32,000 bases of DNA from Gemmata obscuriglobus. GTDB lineage: Bacteria; Planctomycetota; Planctomycetia; Gemmatales; Gemmataceae. The translations under genes were made by a program, and so were the position numbers. The notes below the pieces were generated by a model. It ran no database searches and was not told where the DNA came from. It saw only the letters and a list, made by a program, of their open reading frames with translations. Positions 15,461 through 23,843 of this stretch are shown piece after piece (the first letter of the stretch is position 1; each line of letters starts with the position of its first letter). Location: contig NZ_CP042911.1 in the NCBI RefSeq assembly GCF_008065095.1, positions 2,430,001-2,462,000 on the forward strand, read 5' to 3'.

Positions 15461-16363
15461 ATGATCCCCATCGATTTCACGGGTAAAGTCGCGCTGGTTA
15501 CCGGCGTGGGTGACAACAAGAGCTTCGCGTGGTACATCGGCAAGGCGCTCCAGGCGGCCGGGGCGAAGGTGGTGCTGGCGGTCCACCCGCGGGTGCTGGA
15601 CATCGTGCAGAACCTGCTGCGCACCACCAGCGACCCCGACGACGTGGCGGCCCGGAAGCTGCCGGACGGCTCGGACTTCGCGCCGGTGAAGCTGGTCCGC
15701 TGCGACGCCAGCTACGACACGATGGCCGACGTGAAGCTGGAGGAGATGCCGGACGCGCAGCGGCGGCACTACTCGAAGTACACCGAGGACTACAGCATCA
15801 CCGGCGCGGTGAACGCGGTGGCCCAGGAGTTCGGCGGTATCGACATCCTGATCCACTCGGTGGCGTTCAGCCGGGAGATCACGAAGTCGCTGCTCGAGAC
15901 GAGCCGCAAGGCGTACCACGAGGCGATGGGGATCAGCGCGTACTCGCTGGTGAGCATGGTCCGCGCGGCGGCGCCGCACATGGCGAACCGGCCGGGCGGT
16001 GCGAGCGTGGTGGGCCTCACCTACGTGGCGGGCGAGAAGGTGGTGCCGCACTACGGCGGCGGGATGGGGACGTGCAAGGCGGCGCTCCAGATGGACGCCA
16101 AGCAGCTCGCGTGGTTCGTTGGGGACAAGAACGTCCGGGTGAACCTGATCTCGGCCGGCCCCTACGGGAGCCGGGCGGCGCGGGCGATCAACAAGGACTT
16201 CGACAAGCTGATCCAGCACGCCGCGGACCACTCGCCGCTGCGCCGCGCGATCGAGCCGGAGGAGGTGGCGAACACGACGCTGTACCTGTGCAGCCCGCTG
16301 GCCAGCGCGGTGACGGGGCAGATCATGTACGTGGACTGCGGGTACAACGTGATGGGCACGTGA
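15461..16363 (+). CDS. fabI: Enoyl-[acyl-carrier-protein] reductase (NADH), plant/chlamydia-like type
   Basis: The N-terminus has the Rossmann motif GKVALVTGVGDNKSFAWYIGKAL. The active-site region is HYGGGMGTCKAALQMD, followed by ISAGPYGSRAA and the C-terminal GQIMYVDCGYNVMG. A GAGG SD lies 9 nt upstream. Confidence 0.9.
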   Translation: MIPIDFTGKVALVTGVGDNKSFAWYIGKALQAAGAKVVLAVHPRVLDIVQNLLRTTSDPDDVAARKLPDGSDFAPVKLVRCDASYDTMADVKLEEMPDAQRRHYSKYTEDYSITGAVNAVAQEFGGIDILIHSVAFSREITKSLLETSRKAYHEAMGISAYSLVSMVRAAAPHMANRPGGASVVGLTYVAGEKVVPHYGGGMGTCKAALQMDAKQLAWFVGDKNVRVNLISAGPYGSRAARAINKDFDKLIQHAADHSPLRRAIEPEEVANTTLYLCSPLASAVTGQIMYVDCGYNVMGT

Positions 16364-16537
16364 TCGTAATGCCGAACCCGATCGTCGCACGTTCCATGAC
16401 CGGAACCCGCGCGATCGAGTCAGGAACGGTCGGACGCCGCCCCGCCGCGGGGCGCGTCACATGCCGCCGTTAGGCGCTTGCAATGCGCCGCTCCGTGCCT
16501 CATTCTGCACCTCTGGCACCCGCACGGAGCCCACCCC

Positions 16538-19500
16538 ATGCTGCGCTCGCTGCTTTCGTTTTGCGCGCTGCTCGCCGGCGCGTCGCTCGCCCGGGCCGAC
16601 GGCCTCACGCCCGAAGAGGCGGCGAAGCGGTTCAAGCTGCCCGCGGGGTTCTCGGCCCGGCTCGTCGCGTCCGAGCCCACGGTCCGACAGCCTACGAGCA
16701 TCAGCTTCGACGCGCGCGGCCGCATGTGGGTGCTCCAGTACCTCCAGTACCCGAACTACGCAGGACTGAAGGCCGTCAAGCAGGACCAATACCTGCGCAC
16801 CGTCTGGGACAAGGTGCCCGAGCCGCCGCCCAGGGGGCCGAAGGGGCTCGACAAGATCACCATCCTCTCGGACCCGGACGCGAGCGGCGTGTTCACGAGG
16901 TCCAAGGACTTCGTGACCGGGCTCAACATCGCCAGCGGGTTCTGCATCGGCAACGGCGGGGTGTACGTGGCGCAGCCGCCGTACCTGCTGTTCTACCCCG
17001 ACAAGAACGAGGACGACGTTCCCGACGGCGACCCGGAGGTGCTGCTCTCGGGGTTCGGGATGGACGACACGCACTCGCTCGCGAACTCGCTCCAGTGGGG
17101 GCCGGACGGCTGGCTCTACGGCGCCGCCGGCAGCACCAGCACCTGCAAGATCGCGAACCCGGCGAACCCCAAAGAGGTGGTCGAGTTTCAGCAAGGCGTC
17201 TGGCGCTACCACCCGAAGACAAAGCGGTTCGAGCTGTTCAGTGAAGGCGGCGGGAACACCTACGGCCTCGACTTCGACAAGAACGGGCAGGCGATCGCCG
17301 GAACCAACTGGGGCGGGTTCGCGTGCCTGCACCAGATGCAGGGCGCCTACCACGTGAAGGGCTTCAGCAAGCACGGCCCGCTTCACAACCCGTACACCTA
17401 CGGCTACTTCGAGCACGTCCCGTACACCGGCTTCAAGGGCGGTCACGTCACCTGCGGCGGGGTGCTGTACGAGGCCGACGTGTACCCCGAGCCGTACCGG
17501 GGGCAGTACATCGCGGCGAACATCCTGTCGAACGCGGTCTACTGGCACAAGCTCGAGCCGGGCAAGTCGTCGTTCCAGGCACGGCACGGCGGCGAACTGA
17601 TGGAAACCGACGACACCCACTTTCGGCCCGTGGACCTGCTGCTCGGTCCGGACGGGTGCGTGTACGTCGTGGACTTCTACGACCGCCGCGCCGCGCACCT
17701 GGACCCGGTCGACAACTGGGACAAGGCCACCGGGCGCATCTACCGCATCGAGTACGGGGGTGCCACGAAACGCGAGCCGTTCGACCTGCGCAAGAAGACC
17801 GCCGCGGAGCTGGCCGAACTGCTGAAGCACCCGAACATGTGGTGGCGCAAGGAGGCCCGGCGCCTGCTGTCCGAGCGCCCCGACGCCGCGGCCGCGCACC
17901 CCAAACTGCGCAAGTGGCTGCTGACCGAGAAGGGACCGCTCGCGCTGGAGGCGCTGTGGGCGCTAGCCGCTTCGGGCGGGTGGGCGGAGGGCGACTTCGA
18001 CAACGTCGGCGAGCACCCCAACGAGTACGTGCGCGCCTGGATGGTTCGCCTCATCGCGGACGAGGTGGGCGCGTCGGAGGCGACGCCGGCGGTGCTCGCG
18101 AACGTCGCGCGCACGGAGAAGAGCCACGCGGTGGTGGCGCAGATCGCGTGCAGCGCCCGCCGGTTCGCCCCGCAGCAGGAGGCCGCCGTCATCGCGGCCG
18201 TGATGGACAACCCGATCCTCGGTGACGACCCGCAACTGCCGCTGCTCGTGTGGTGGGGGCTGGAGGACAGCAACCGGCGCGATACGACCGACACGGTGCG
18301 GTTCCCGTACCCGGTTGGGCTGAGCCCGCCACTTAGGGCTTTTTTCAACGAGCGGGTCGCGCGCCGCTTCATGTCCGGGAACATCACCCGCGGCACCGAG
18401 CGCATCGGCGCCTTGTTCAATCTTGTGACGGACTACGGCGACGACATCGAACCGGTACTCCGGGGCGTCGCGACGGCGCTCCAGGCCAAGCCGCTCGACG
18501 CGGTGCCGCCGGCGCTGCGTCAGCCGCTCGCCGAACTTCGCAAGCAGCGCCCGAAAGACTTGCTGGTGCTGGAGGTGCTGGCGCGGATGGGGGACGAGGC
18601 GGCCCGCACGGCCCTCCGGGGGCTCGTGACCGACGGGGCGGTAGGCGACGCCGGTCGGCTGAGGGCCGTGGCGCTACTGCGCGACGTGCGCGACCCGAAA
18701 GCCGAACCCCTGTTCCTCGATCAGTTCGCCGCCGCGAAGTCCGATGCGCTCCGGGTCGGGCTGCTCGGCGGGTTGGAGGCGTTCGACGGCCCCGCAGTCG
18801 GTGCGGCGGTGCTGGAGGGGTACGCCGGCTACTCGCCCGCGGTGAAGAAGCGGGCGGTTCAACTGCTCCTGACTCGGCCGAGTTGGGCGCTGGCGCTCTT
18901 CAAGCGACTTGACGCCAGCACGTTCCCCAAGGCCGACCTGCCGGTTGAGGGCGCGCGGGTCGCCGCCGCACTTGGCGATAAAGGCGTCACGATTCTGGTG
19001 GAGAAGCACTTCGGGAAACTGGCCCCGGCGACCGCGGGCGAGAAACAGGCTCGCATTGCTTGGCTCAGCACCGCGCTCGGGCGCACCAAGTCCGGCGATC
19101 CGGTGAGGGGGCAGGTGCTGTTCACGAAGCACTGTGCCGCGTGCCATCAGTTACATGGAGCGGGTGGCCAGGTAGGACCGGACCTCACCACCGCGGACCG
19201 CAAGAACCGCGGGTACATGCTGGCGCAGATCGTGGACCCGAGCGGCTACATCCGGCCCGAGTACGTCGTCCACACCGTACTGACGAACGACGACCGCAAG
19301 CTGTCGGGCATCGTGACGGAGCAGGGCGGGGCGATCGTGGTGACCAACTACGCCAACGAGCAGGTCACGAAGGTTACGATCGCGAAGGCGGACGTGGCGG
19401 ACCTGAAGCCGTCGCCGGTGTCGATGATGCCCGAAAAGCTGCTCGACTCGCTTACGGAACCGGAGATCGCCGACCTGTTCGCGTACCTGTCAGCGGACGC

Positions 19501-20200
19501 GCCCAAGGTGGCCGTTCCTCGGAAGGACGGGCCGGCGGTGAAGAGGCTCCGGCTCGCTCTCGTGTCCGGGTCGTTCGAGTACAAATCGGACGAATCGCTC
19601 GGGGCGTTCCAGAAGCACCTGGAGGCGAACTACGCGGTCGAGTGCGTCCTCATTTCGGCCAAGGCCGAAAAGGACCGCGCGCTCGCCGGGCTGGAGCAGT
19701 TGGAGAAGTGCGACGCTGCGCTGTTCTTCACCCGGCGGCTCCAGATCGAGGGCGCGTCGTTGGATCATGTGAAGGCGTTCGTCAAATCCGGTAAACCGCT
19801 CGTGGGCGTCCGAACCGCCAGCCACGGGTTCCAGAAGTGGCTCGAAATGGACGCGGAGGTGTTCGGGGGCAACTACAAAGGGCACTTCGGGGCCGGCGTC
19901 GCGGACGTGAAGCCGGTGGAGAAGGCGAAGGAACACCCTATCTTGAAGGGGGTGAAGTCGTTTAAGACGAACGGGAGCCTGTACAAGAACCCCAACGTCG
20001 CGACCGATGTTAACGTTCTGCTCCAGGGGACTATGGGCAAGGAATCGGAACCCGTGGCGTGGACCCGTGAGAAGGACGGGCGCCGCGTGTTTTACACCTC
20101 CCTGGGCCACCCGGACGACTTCAAGGACGAGAACTTCGTCCGCCTGCTCGTTAACGGGCTAACTTGGGCGACGAAGGGCGAGTTGAAGCCGGCGAAGTGA
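16538..20200 (+). CDS. PVC-type heme-binding CxxCH protein: dehydrogenase-like propeller, HEAT-like repeats, cytochrome c, C-terminal ThuA-like domain
   Basis: The signal peptide is MLRSLLSFCALLAGASLARA. The N-terminal F.LP.GF...VASEP motif is followed by DGWLYG and GRIYRI propeller motifs, then a long helical repeat region. A single heme site CAACH lies at nt 19133-19147 (LFTKHCAACHQLHG.GG.VGPDL). The C-terminus, RVFYTSLGHPDDFKDENFVRLLVNGLTWA, is typical of ThuA. Confidence 0.85.
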   Translation: MLRSLLSFCALLAGASLARADGLTPEEAAKRFKLPAGFSARLVASEPTVRQPTSISFDARGRMWVLQYLQYPNYAGLKAVKQDQYLRTVWDKVPEPPPRGPKGLDKITILSDPDASGVFTRSKDFVTGLNIASGFCIGNGGVYVAQPPYLLFYPDKNEDDVPDGDPEVLLSGFGMDDTHSLANSLQWGPDGWLYGAAGSTSTCKIANPANPKEVVEFQQGVWRYHPKTKRFELFSEGGGNTYGLDFDKNGQAIAGTNWGGFACLHQMQGAYHVKGFSKHGPLHNPYTYGYFEHVPYTGFKGGHVTCGGVLYEADVYPEPYRGQYIAANILSNAVYWHKLEPGKSSFQARHGGELMETDDTHFRPVDLLLGPDGCVYVVDFYDRRAAHLDPVDNWDKATGRIYRIEYGGATKREPFDLRKKTAAELAELLKHPNMWWRKEARRLLSERPDAAAAHPKLRKWLLTEKGPLALEALWALAASGGWAEGDFDNVGEHPNEYVRAWMVRLIADEVGASEATPAVLANVARTEKSHAVVAQIACSARRFAPQQEAAVIAAVMDNPILGDDPQLPLLVWWGLEDSNRRDTTDTVRFPYPVGLSPPLRAFFNERVARRFMSGNITRGTERIGALFNLVTDYGDDIEPVLRGVATALQAKPLDAVPPALRQPLAELRKQRPKDLLVLEVLARMGDEAARTALRGLVTDGAVGDAGRLRAVALLRDVRDPKAEPLFLDQFAAAKSDALRVGLLGGLEAFDGPAVGAAVLEGYAGYSPAVKKRAVQLLLTRPSWALALFKRLDASTFPKADLPVEGARVAAALGDKGVTILVEKHFGKLAPATAGEKQARIAWLSTALGRTKSGDPVRGQVLFTKHCAACHQLHGAGGQVGPDLTTADRKNRGYMLAQIVDPSGYIRPEYVVHTVLTNDDRKLSGIVTEQGGAIVVTNYANEQVTKVTIAKADVADLKPSPVSMMPEKLLDSLTEPEIADLFAYLSADAPKVAVPRKDGPAVKRLRLALVSGSFEYKSDESLGAFQKHLEANYAVECVLISAKAEKDRALAGLEQLEKCDAALFFTRRLQIEGASLDHVKAFVKSGKPLVGVRTASHGFQKWLEMDAEVFGGNYKGHFGAGVADVKPVEKAKEHPILKGVKSFKTNGSLYKNPNVATDVNVLLQGTMGKESEPVAWTREKDGRRVFYTSLGHPDDFKDENFVRLLVNGLTWATKGELKPAK

Positions 20201-20204
20201 CCCG

Positions 20205-22145
20205 GTGGCGGGTTCGCCACACCATCTGGAGATTCATTTGACTCGCCTTCATCCTCTTGCGGTTGCGGTATGCGTCGCGCTCTCGGGCGCCACCGCGTTC
20301 GCAGCGCCGGTCGATGTGGCGGACGTGTTCCCGGCGAACACGCTCGCCTACGTCGAACTGCACAACCCCGCCGAACTCGGGCCGCAGGTCGCTGCGGTGC
20401 TGAAGGGCACCCCGCTGCAAGACAGCGTGCCGTTCATCCACGGGAAGAAGGACGAGGCGAAGACGCTCCCGGAACTCCGAGCGAAGGAGGACCTCGCGGC
20501 GCTCGCGCTGTTCGCGTCGCCGGAGGTGGTCGCGGAGTTCCGCAAGCTCGGCGGCGTCGCGGTCGGTTTGCTCGGGTTCACCGAACGCGGTGAGCCCGAA
20601 TTCGCGCTCGCGGTGCTCACCGGGGACAGCGCCGCGGCAGGGCTCGCGGCCCGCGCGTTCGTCACCGCGACCCCGAACGTGCGGACGGTCGGTGAGGTGT
20701 CGAAGGTGCCGGTGTTTCAGCGCCGCCAGCCGGTCGTCACGTACGACATGAACGGCACTCCAAAACTGAGCGGCGAGAAGCCGAAGGAGGAGCCGCGCGA
20801 TTTGACCTATGCGTACACTCCGGGGCTGTTCGTCGTGGGCACGAGCAAGGCGGCCCTGGCCCCGGTTATCAAACGGTTCCGAGCCGAAGAAAAGGACGCG
20901 CTGGGTGCGACGGCAGGGTTCAAAGAGGCCGCGGCCGAGTACCGAAAACCCGGGCTGTTCTTCTACGCGGCCGCGCCCGGGTTTTTCGCCGCCGCCAGCG
21001 TGGCCGATCGCGCTCGCGGTGCCGACACCGGCGCCGACCTGCTGGCGTGGCTCAAGCTGACCACCAACCCCAAAGCGCTCAAGTCGATCGCCGGGAACGC
21101 GCGGGTTCGTGACGGTGGGCTGTCGCTCGTGGCCGGGGGACGGTTCGATCCGGCGGAAAAGAGCCCGCTGGTTGACTTCTTTTCGGGGCCGGGGGTGAAG
21201 GTTGAGGCTCTGCACCACGCGCGCAAACCGGCTGCGTTCGCCGCGACGATGACCCTGCCCGAGAAGGACCGCGCCGCTGCGCTGATCGGGTTCCTCGACG
21301 CGCTCGCGAAGGGGGCGGGCCAGCTCGGACGGCTGCCCGGTGATATCGCGAAAGACATCGGCGTGAAGCACAAGGTGGCCGTCAACGACCTGCTCGCCAA
21401 GGTGAACGCGGTCACGGTCGTGGTTCCGGCAAAGCCGGATCTGCCGAAAGGCGCCACGCCGGTCCCGATGTTCGTGATCCACACCGCGGACGCCTCGGCG
21501 GCGGCCGCTCTGGAGGATCTTGTTCCCAAACTGATCGCCGAGATCGCGGGCGAGCCCGCGCCGGCCCAGCCGTCGACCGAAACGGTTGGCGGCGTGCAGG
21601 TGCGCTCGCTCGCGGGCACCGGGCTGCCGTGGAGGGCCGCGGTCCACTACGCGCGCAAAGACGCCGTGCTGGCGTGGGGGCTCGACCGCAAGCTGGTCGC
21701 GGCCGCGCTGACCCCGGACGCCGCCGGCTCGGTCGTCGGCGAAAAGGGCGGGACCGTTCCCCCGGGTGCGGCGCTCGCGGGCGCGTTCGACCTCGGCGCG
21801 CTCGTCGGCGCTCTTGGCGAGAAACCAGCCAACGGCCCGATTCGGCCGGCGCCCCCCGCACCAGCGCCGGGCACGGTGACGGAGCTGATCCCACCCGATG
21901 TACTTCTGAAGGACGCGGACAAGGCCCGCGCTGCACTCACGGCCGCGTTCGGCCAACTGCCGCCGGCGGCTGTGACGGTCCGGCGCGATCGCGATCGGCT
22001 ATTGTTCGAGGTGTTCCAGCCGAAGATCACGGACGGCGGCCTCAAGCCGGTGGTCGACGCCTGGCTGGATTTGTTCGACAAGGAACTGAGCCTGCGCGAC
22101 CCGAGCCGGTCGGCGCCGGGGTTCCTGCCGCCGCCGGAGCGGTAA
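20205..22145 (+). CDS. Secreted protein of unknown function, tightly linked to the heme protein gene
   Basis: The ORF starts 4 nt after the upstream stop. The signal peptide is LTRLHPLAVAVCVALSGATAFA-AP. The start is either GTG 20205 or, perhaps better, TTG 20238, which has GGAG 7 nt upstream. The product is Ala/Pro-rich with no motif I can name. Confidence 0.6.
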   Translation: MAGSPHHLEIHLTRLHPLAVAVCVALSGATAFAAPVDVADVFPANTLAYVELHNPAELGPQVAAVLKGTPLQDSVPFIHGKKDEAKTLPELRAKEDLAALALFASPEVVAEFRKLGGVAVGLLGFTERGEPEFALAVLTGDSAAAGLAARAFVTATPNVRTVGEVSKVPVFQRRQPVVTYDMNGTPKLSGEKPKEEPRDLTYAYTPGLFVVGTSKAALAPVIKRFRAEEKDALGATAGFKEAAAEYRKPGLFFYAAAPGFFAAASVADRARGADTGADLLAWLKLTTNPKALKSIAGNARVRDGGLSLVAGGRFDPAEKSPLVDFFSGPGVKVEALHHARKPAAFAATMTLPEKDRAAALIGFLDALAKGAGQLGRLPGDIAKDIGVKHKVAVNDLLAKVNAVTVVVPAKPDLPKGATPVPMFVIHTADASAAAALEDLVPKLIAEIAGEPAPAQPSTETVGGVQVRSLAGTGLPWRAAVHYARKDAVLAWGLDRKLVAAALTPDAAGSVVGEKGGTVPPGAALAGAFDLGALVGALGEKPANGPIRPAPPAPAPGTVTELIPPDVLLKDADKARAALTAAFGQLPPAAVTVRRDRDRLLFEVFQPKITDGGLKPVVDAWLDLFDKELSLRDPSRSAPGFLPPPER

Positions 22146-22532
22146 CCACCCGAGGCGGTCTCGGACCGGGCGGCGGCGAGTACCGGCCGCCGCAGTCGGC
22201 CGATACACCATTCAACCAGCAATCAAGTTTGCCAATTTCCCGAGTTGCGCCCGGCGAACAGGATACTGGGCGCGACCGCCGGCCGCGAGGTGACGCGGCA
22301 CATCAATTGTCAGCGCTCGCAGCAAATCGGCTCGCGCGGAAGCCATTTTTACCCCTCAATTCGGCTCCGGATTCGCGCCGCATTGCAATCGTGAATTAGC
22401 TTACGGCGTGAACCTCGAGCGCCCCGCTCGGTTCGCCGTGGGTTCGAGCACCCGCGAATCGCACCACCCCACGGACGGGTGAACGACGGTCCCCCGAACG
22501 CGGGCCGGACCGGTCGAGAAAGGTGAGACACG

Positions 22533-23741
22533 GTGGAAAGGTCGCCGCGCGGTCGGACTGTTTTGCTCGGGTGGGAGCTGGGCGGCGGTTTCGGGCACGC
22601 ACACAATCTGCTCCGGGTGGCCCGCGCGTTGGCCGCCGACGGGCACCGGCCGGTCCTCGCCGCCCGGGAGGCGGTGGCGGCGTGGCCCCTCTTGCGGGAC
22701 GCTCCCTTCCCCGTGCTCCCTATTCCGGTCTGGTCGGAGCCGGCCCCGGCGGGCTTCGTCGCCGCCTCCTTCGCCGACATCCTCCGGCTCCACGGCTACG
22801 CGTCCGACCGCACGCTTCTCCCACTGCTGCGGCAGTGGGACGGCATCCTGGACGTGGTCCGGCCCGACCTCGTCGTCCTCGACTACGCCCCCACCCTCGG
22901 GCTCGCCGCGGCCGGTCGGGTGCCGACCGTGGACATCGGGAACGGGTTCTGCCAGCCGCCGGCGGACCTGCCGGTGTTCCCGCCGTACTTCCGCGACCAG
23001 TCGACCCAGCCCCCGCGCGGCGCGCCGGAGGACCTGCTGGCCGCGGTCCGGGCCGCGCAGGCCGCCCGCGGCCGGCCCGCGCCCGCCGCGCTGCCGGGCA
23101 TCGCGGCGGGGGTCGAGGCGTTCGTCACGACCGTTCCGGAGTTGGATCCGTACCGGGAGGCCCGGCGCCGCCCGCCGGTCGGGCCGCTCGCCCCCCCGGT
23201 GGCGGCCGACGGGATCGCCCCGCGGCGCTTCTTCGCGTACCTGAGCGCCGAGGTGGCCAGCACCGAACCGGCGCTGACCCTGCTGGCGGCCGCCGGGCTT
23301 GACGGGGAAGTGTACGTGCGCGGGGCGACGGCCGGGCAGCGCGAGCGGCTCCGGGGCCGCGGGCTGACCGTCCACGACGCCCCGCCCCCGCTGGCGGAGG
23401 TGCTCCCCCGCGTGCGGGCGGTGGCCCACCACGCCGGGCTCGGCACCGCCGAGGCCGCGCTCCTGGCCGGGCGCCCGCAGTTGCTCCTCCCGGAGCACCT
23501 GGAGCACCAGTTGTACGCGTCCGCCGCTCACCGGCTCGGGGTCGCCCACTACCTCGCGGGAACGTACCCGGCGTCGGACGTTGCCGAAGGGATGCGGCAG
23601 TTGCTCGACGACCCGGCGTTCGCCCGCCGGGCGGCCGAGGTGGCCGCCGACCTGCGCCGGCGGTGGCCCGACGGCTCGCTCGGAACGATCGTCGGCCGCT
23701 GCCGCGAACTGCTCGACCAACCGGCCGTGGCGGTGGCCTGA
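22533..23741 (+). CDS. GT-B fold glycosyltransferase (GT1/GT28, MGT/EryCIII-like)
   Basis: The N-terminus is VLLGWELGGGFGHAHNLLRVARAL. The C-terminal nucleotide-sugar motif is VAHHAGLGTAEAALLAGRPQLLLPEHLEHQ. The start is a GTG with AAAGGTGAG upstream. Confidence 0.75.
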   Translation: MERSPRGRTVLLGWELGGGFGHAHNLLRVARALAADGHRPVLAAREAVAAWPLLRDAPFPVLPIPVWSEPAPAGFVAASFADILRLHGYASDRTLLPLLRQWDGILDVVRPDLVVLDYAPTLGLAAAGRVPTVDIGNGFCQPPADLPVFPPYFRDQSTQPPRGAPEDLLAAVRAAQAARGRPAPAALPGIAAGVEAFVTTVPELDPYREARRRPPVGPLAPPVAADGIAPRRFFAYLSAEVASTEPALTLLAAAGLDGEVYVRGATAGQRERLRGRGLTVHDAPPPLAEVLPRVRAVAHHAGLGTAEAALLAGRPQLLLPEHLEHQLYASAAHRLGVAHYLAGTYPASDVAEGMRQLLDDPAFARRAAEVAADLRRRWPDGSLGTIVGRCRELLDQPAVAVA

Positions 23742-23843
23742 CCGCCCGGCCGGAACCCAACCCCCCACGACCCGGCTGCGGCCGGGCGCTTTCCGTCCCG
23801 TTGAGTGTTTTTCATCCTGCAAAATTGGAGAGACCGAGAGATC

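Noticed and set aside
16364-16537. Imperfect GC-rich hairpins after fabI (e.g. GACGCCGCCCCG..CGGGGCGCGTC around 16431-16457, and GGCGC-TTGCAAT-GCGCC around 16472-16488) as terminators
   Set aside because: The stems are imperfect or short and lack a following T-tract. I could not separate them from background GC-rich self-complementarity.
22438-22466. A tRNA-like 3' end, GTGGGTTCGAGCACCCGCGAATCGCACCA (a GGTTCGA T-loop look-alike followed by ..ACCA), in the 387-nt gap upstream of the glycosyltransferase
   Set aside because: The T-arm does not fold canonically: there is no G53-C61 pair, and the loop is 6 nt with a 6-bp stem. No complementary 5' acceptor strand or anticodon arm lies in the preceding ~75 nt. 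At best it is a degenerate remnant, and I did not call a tRNA or an att site.
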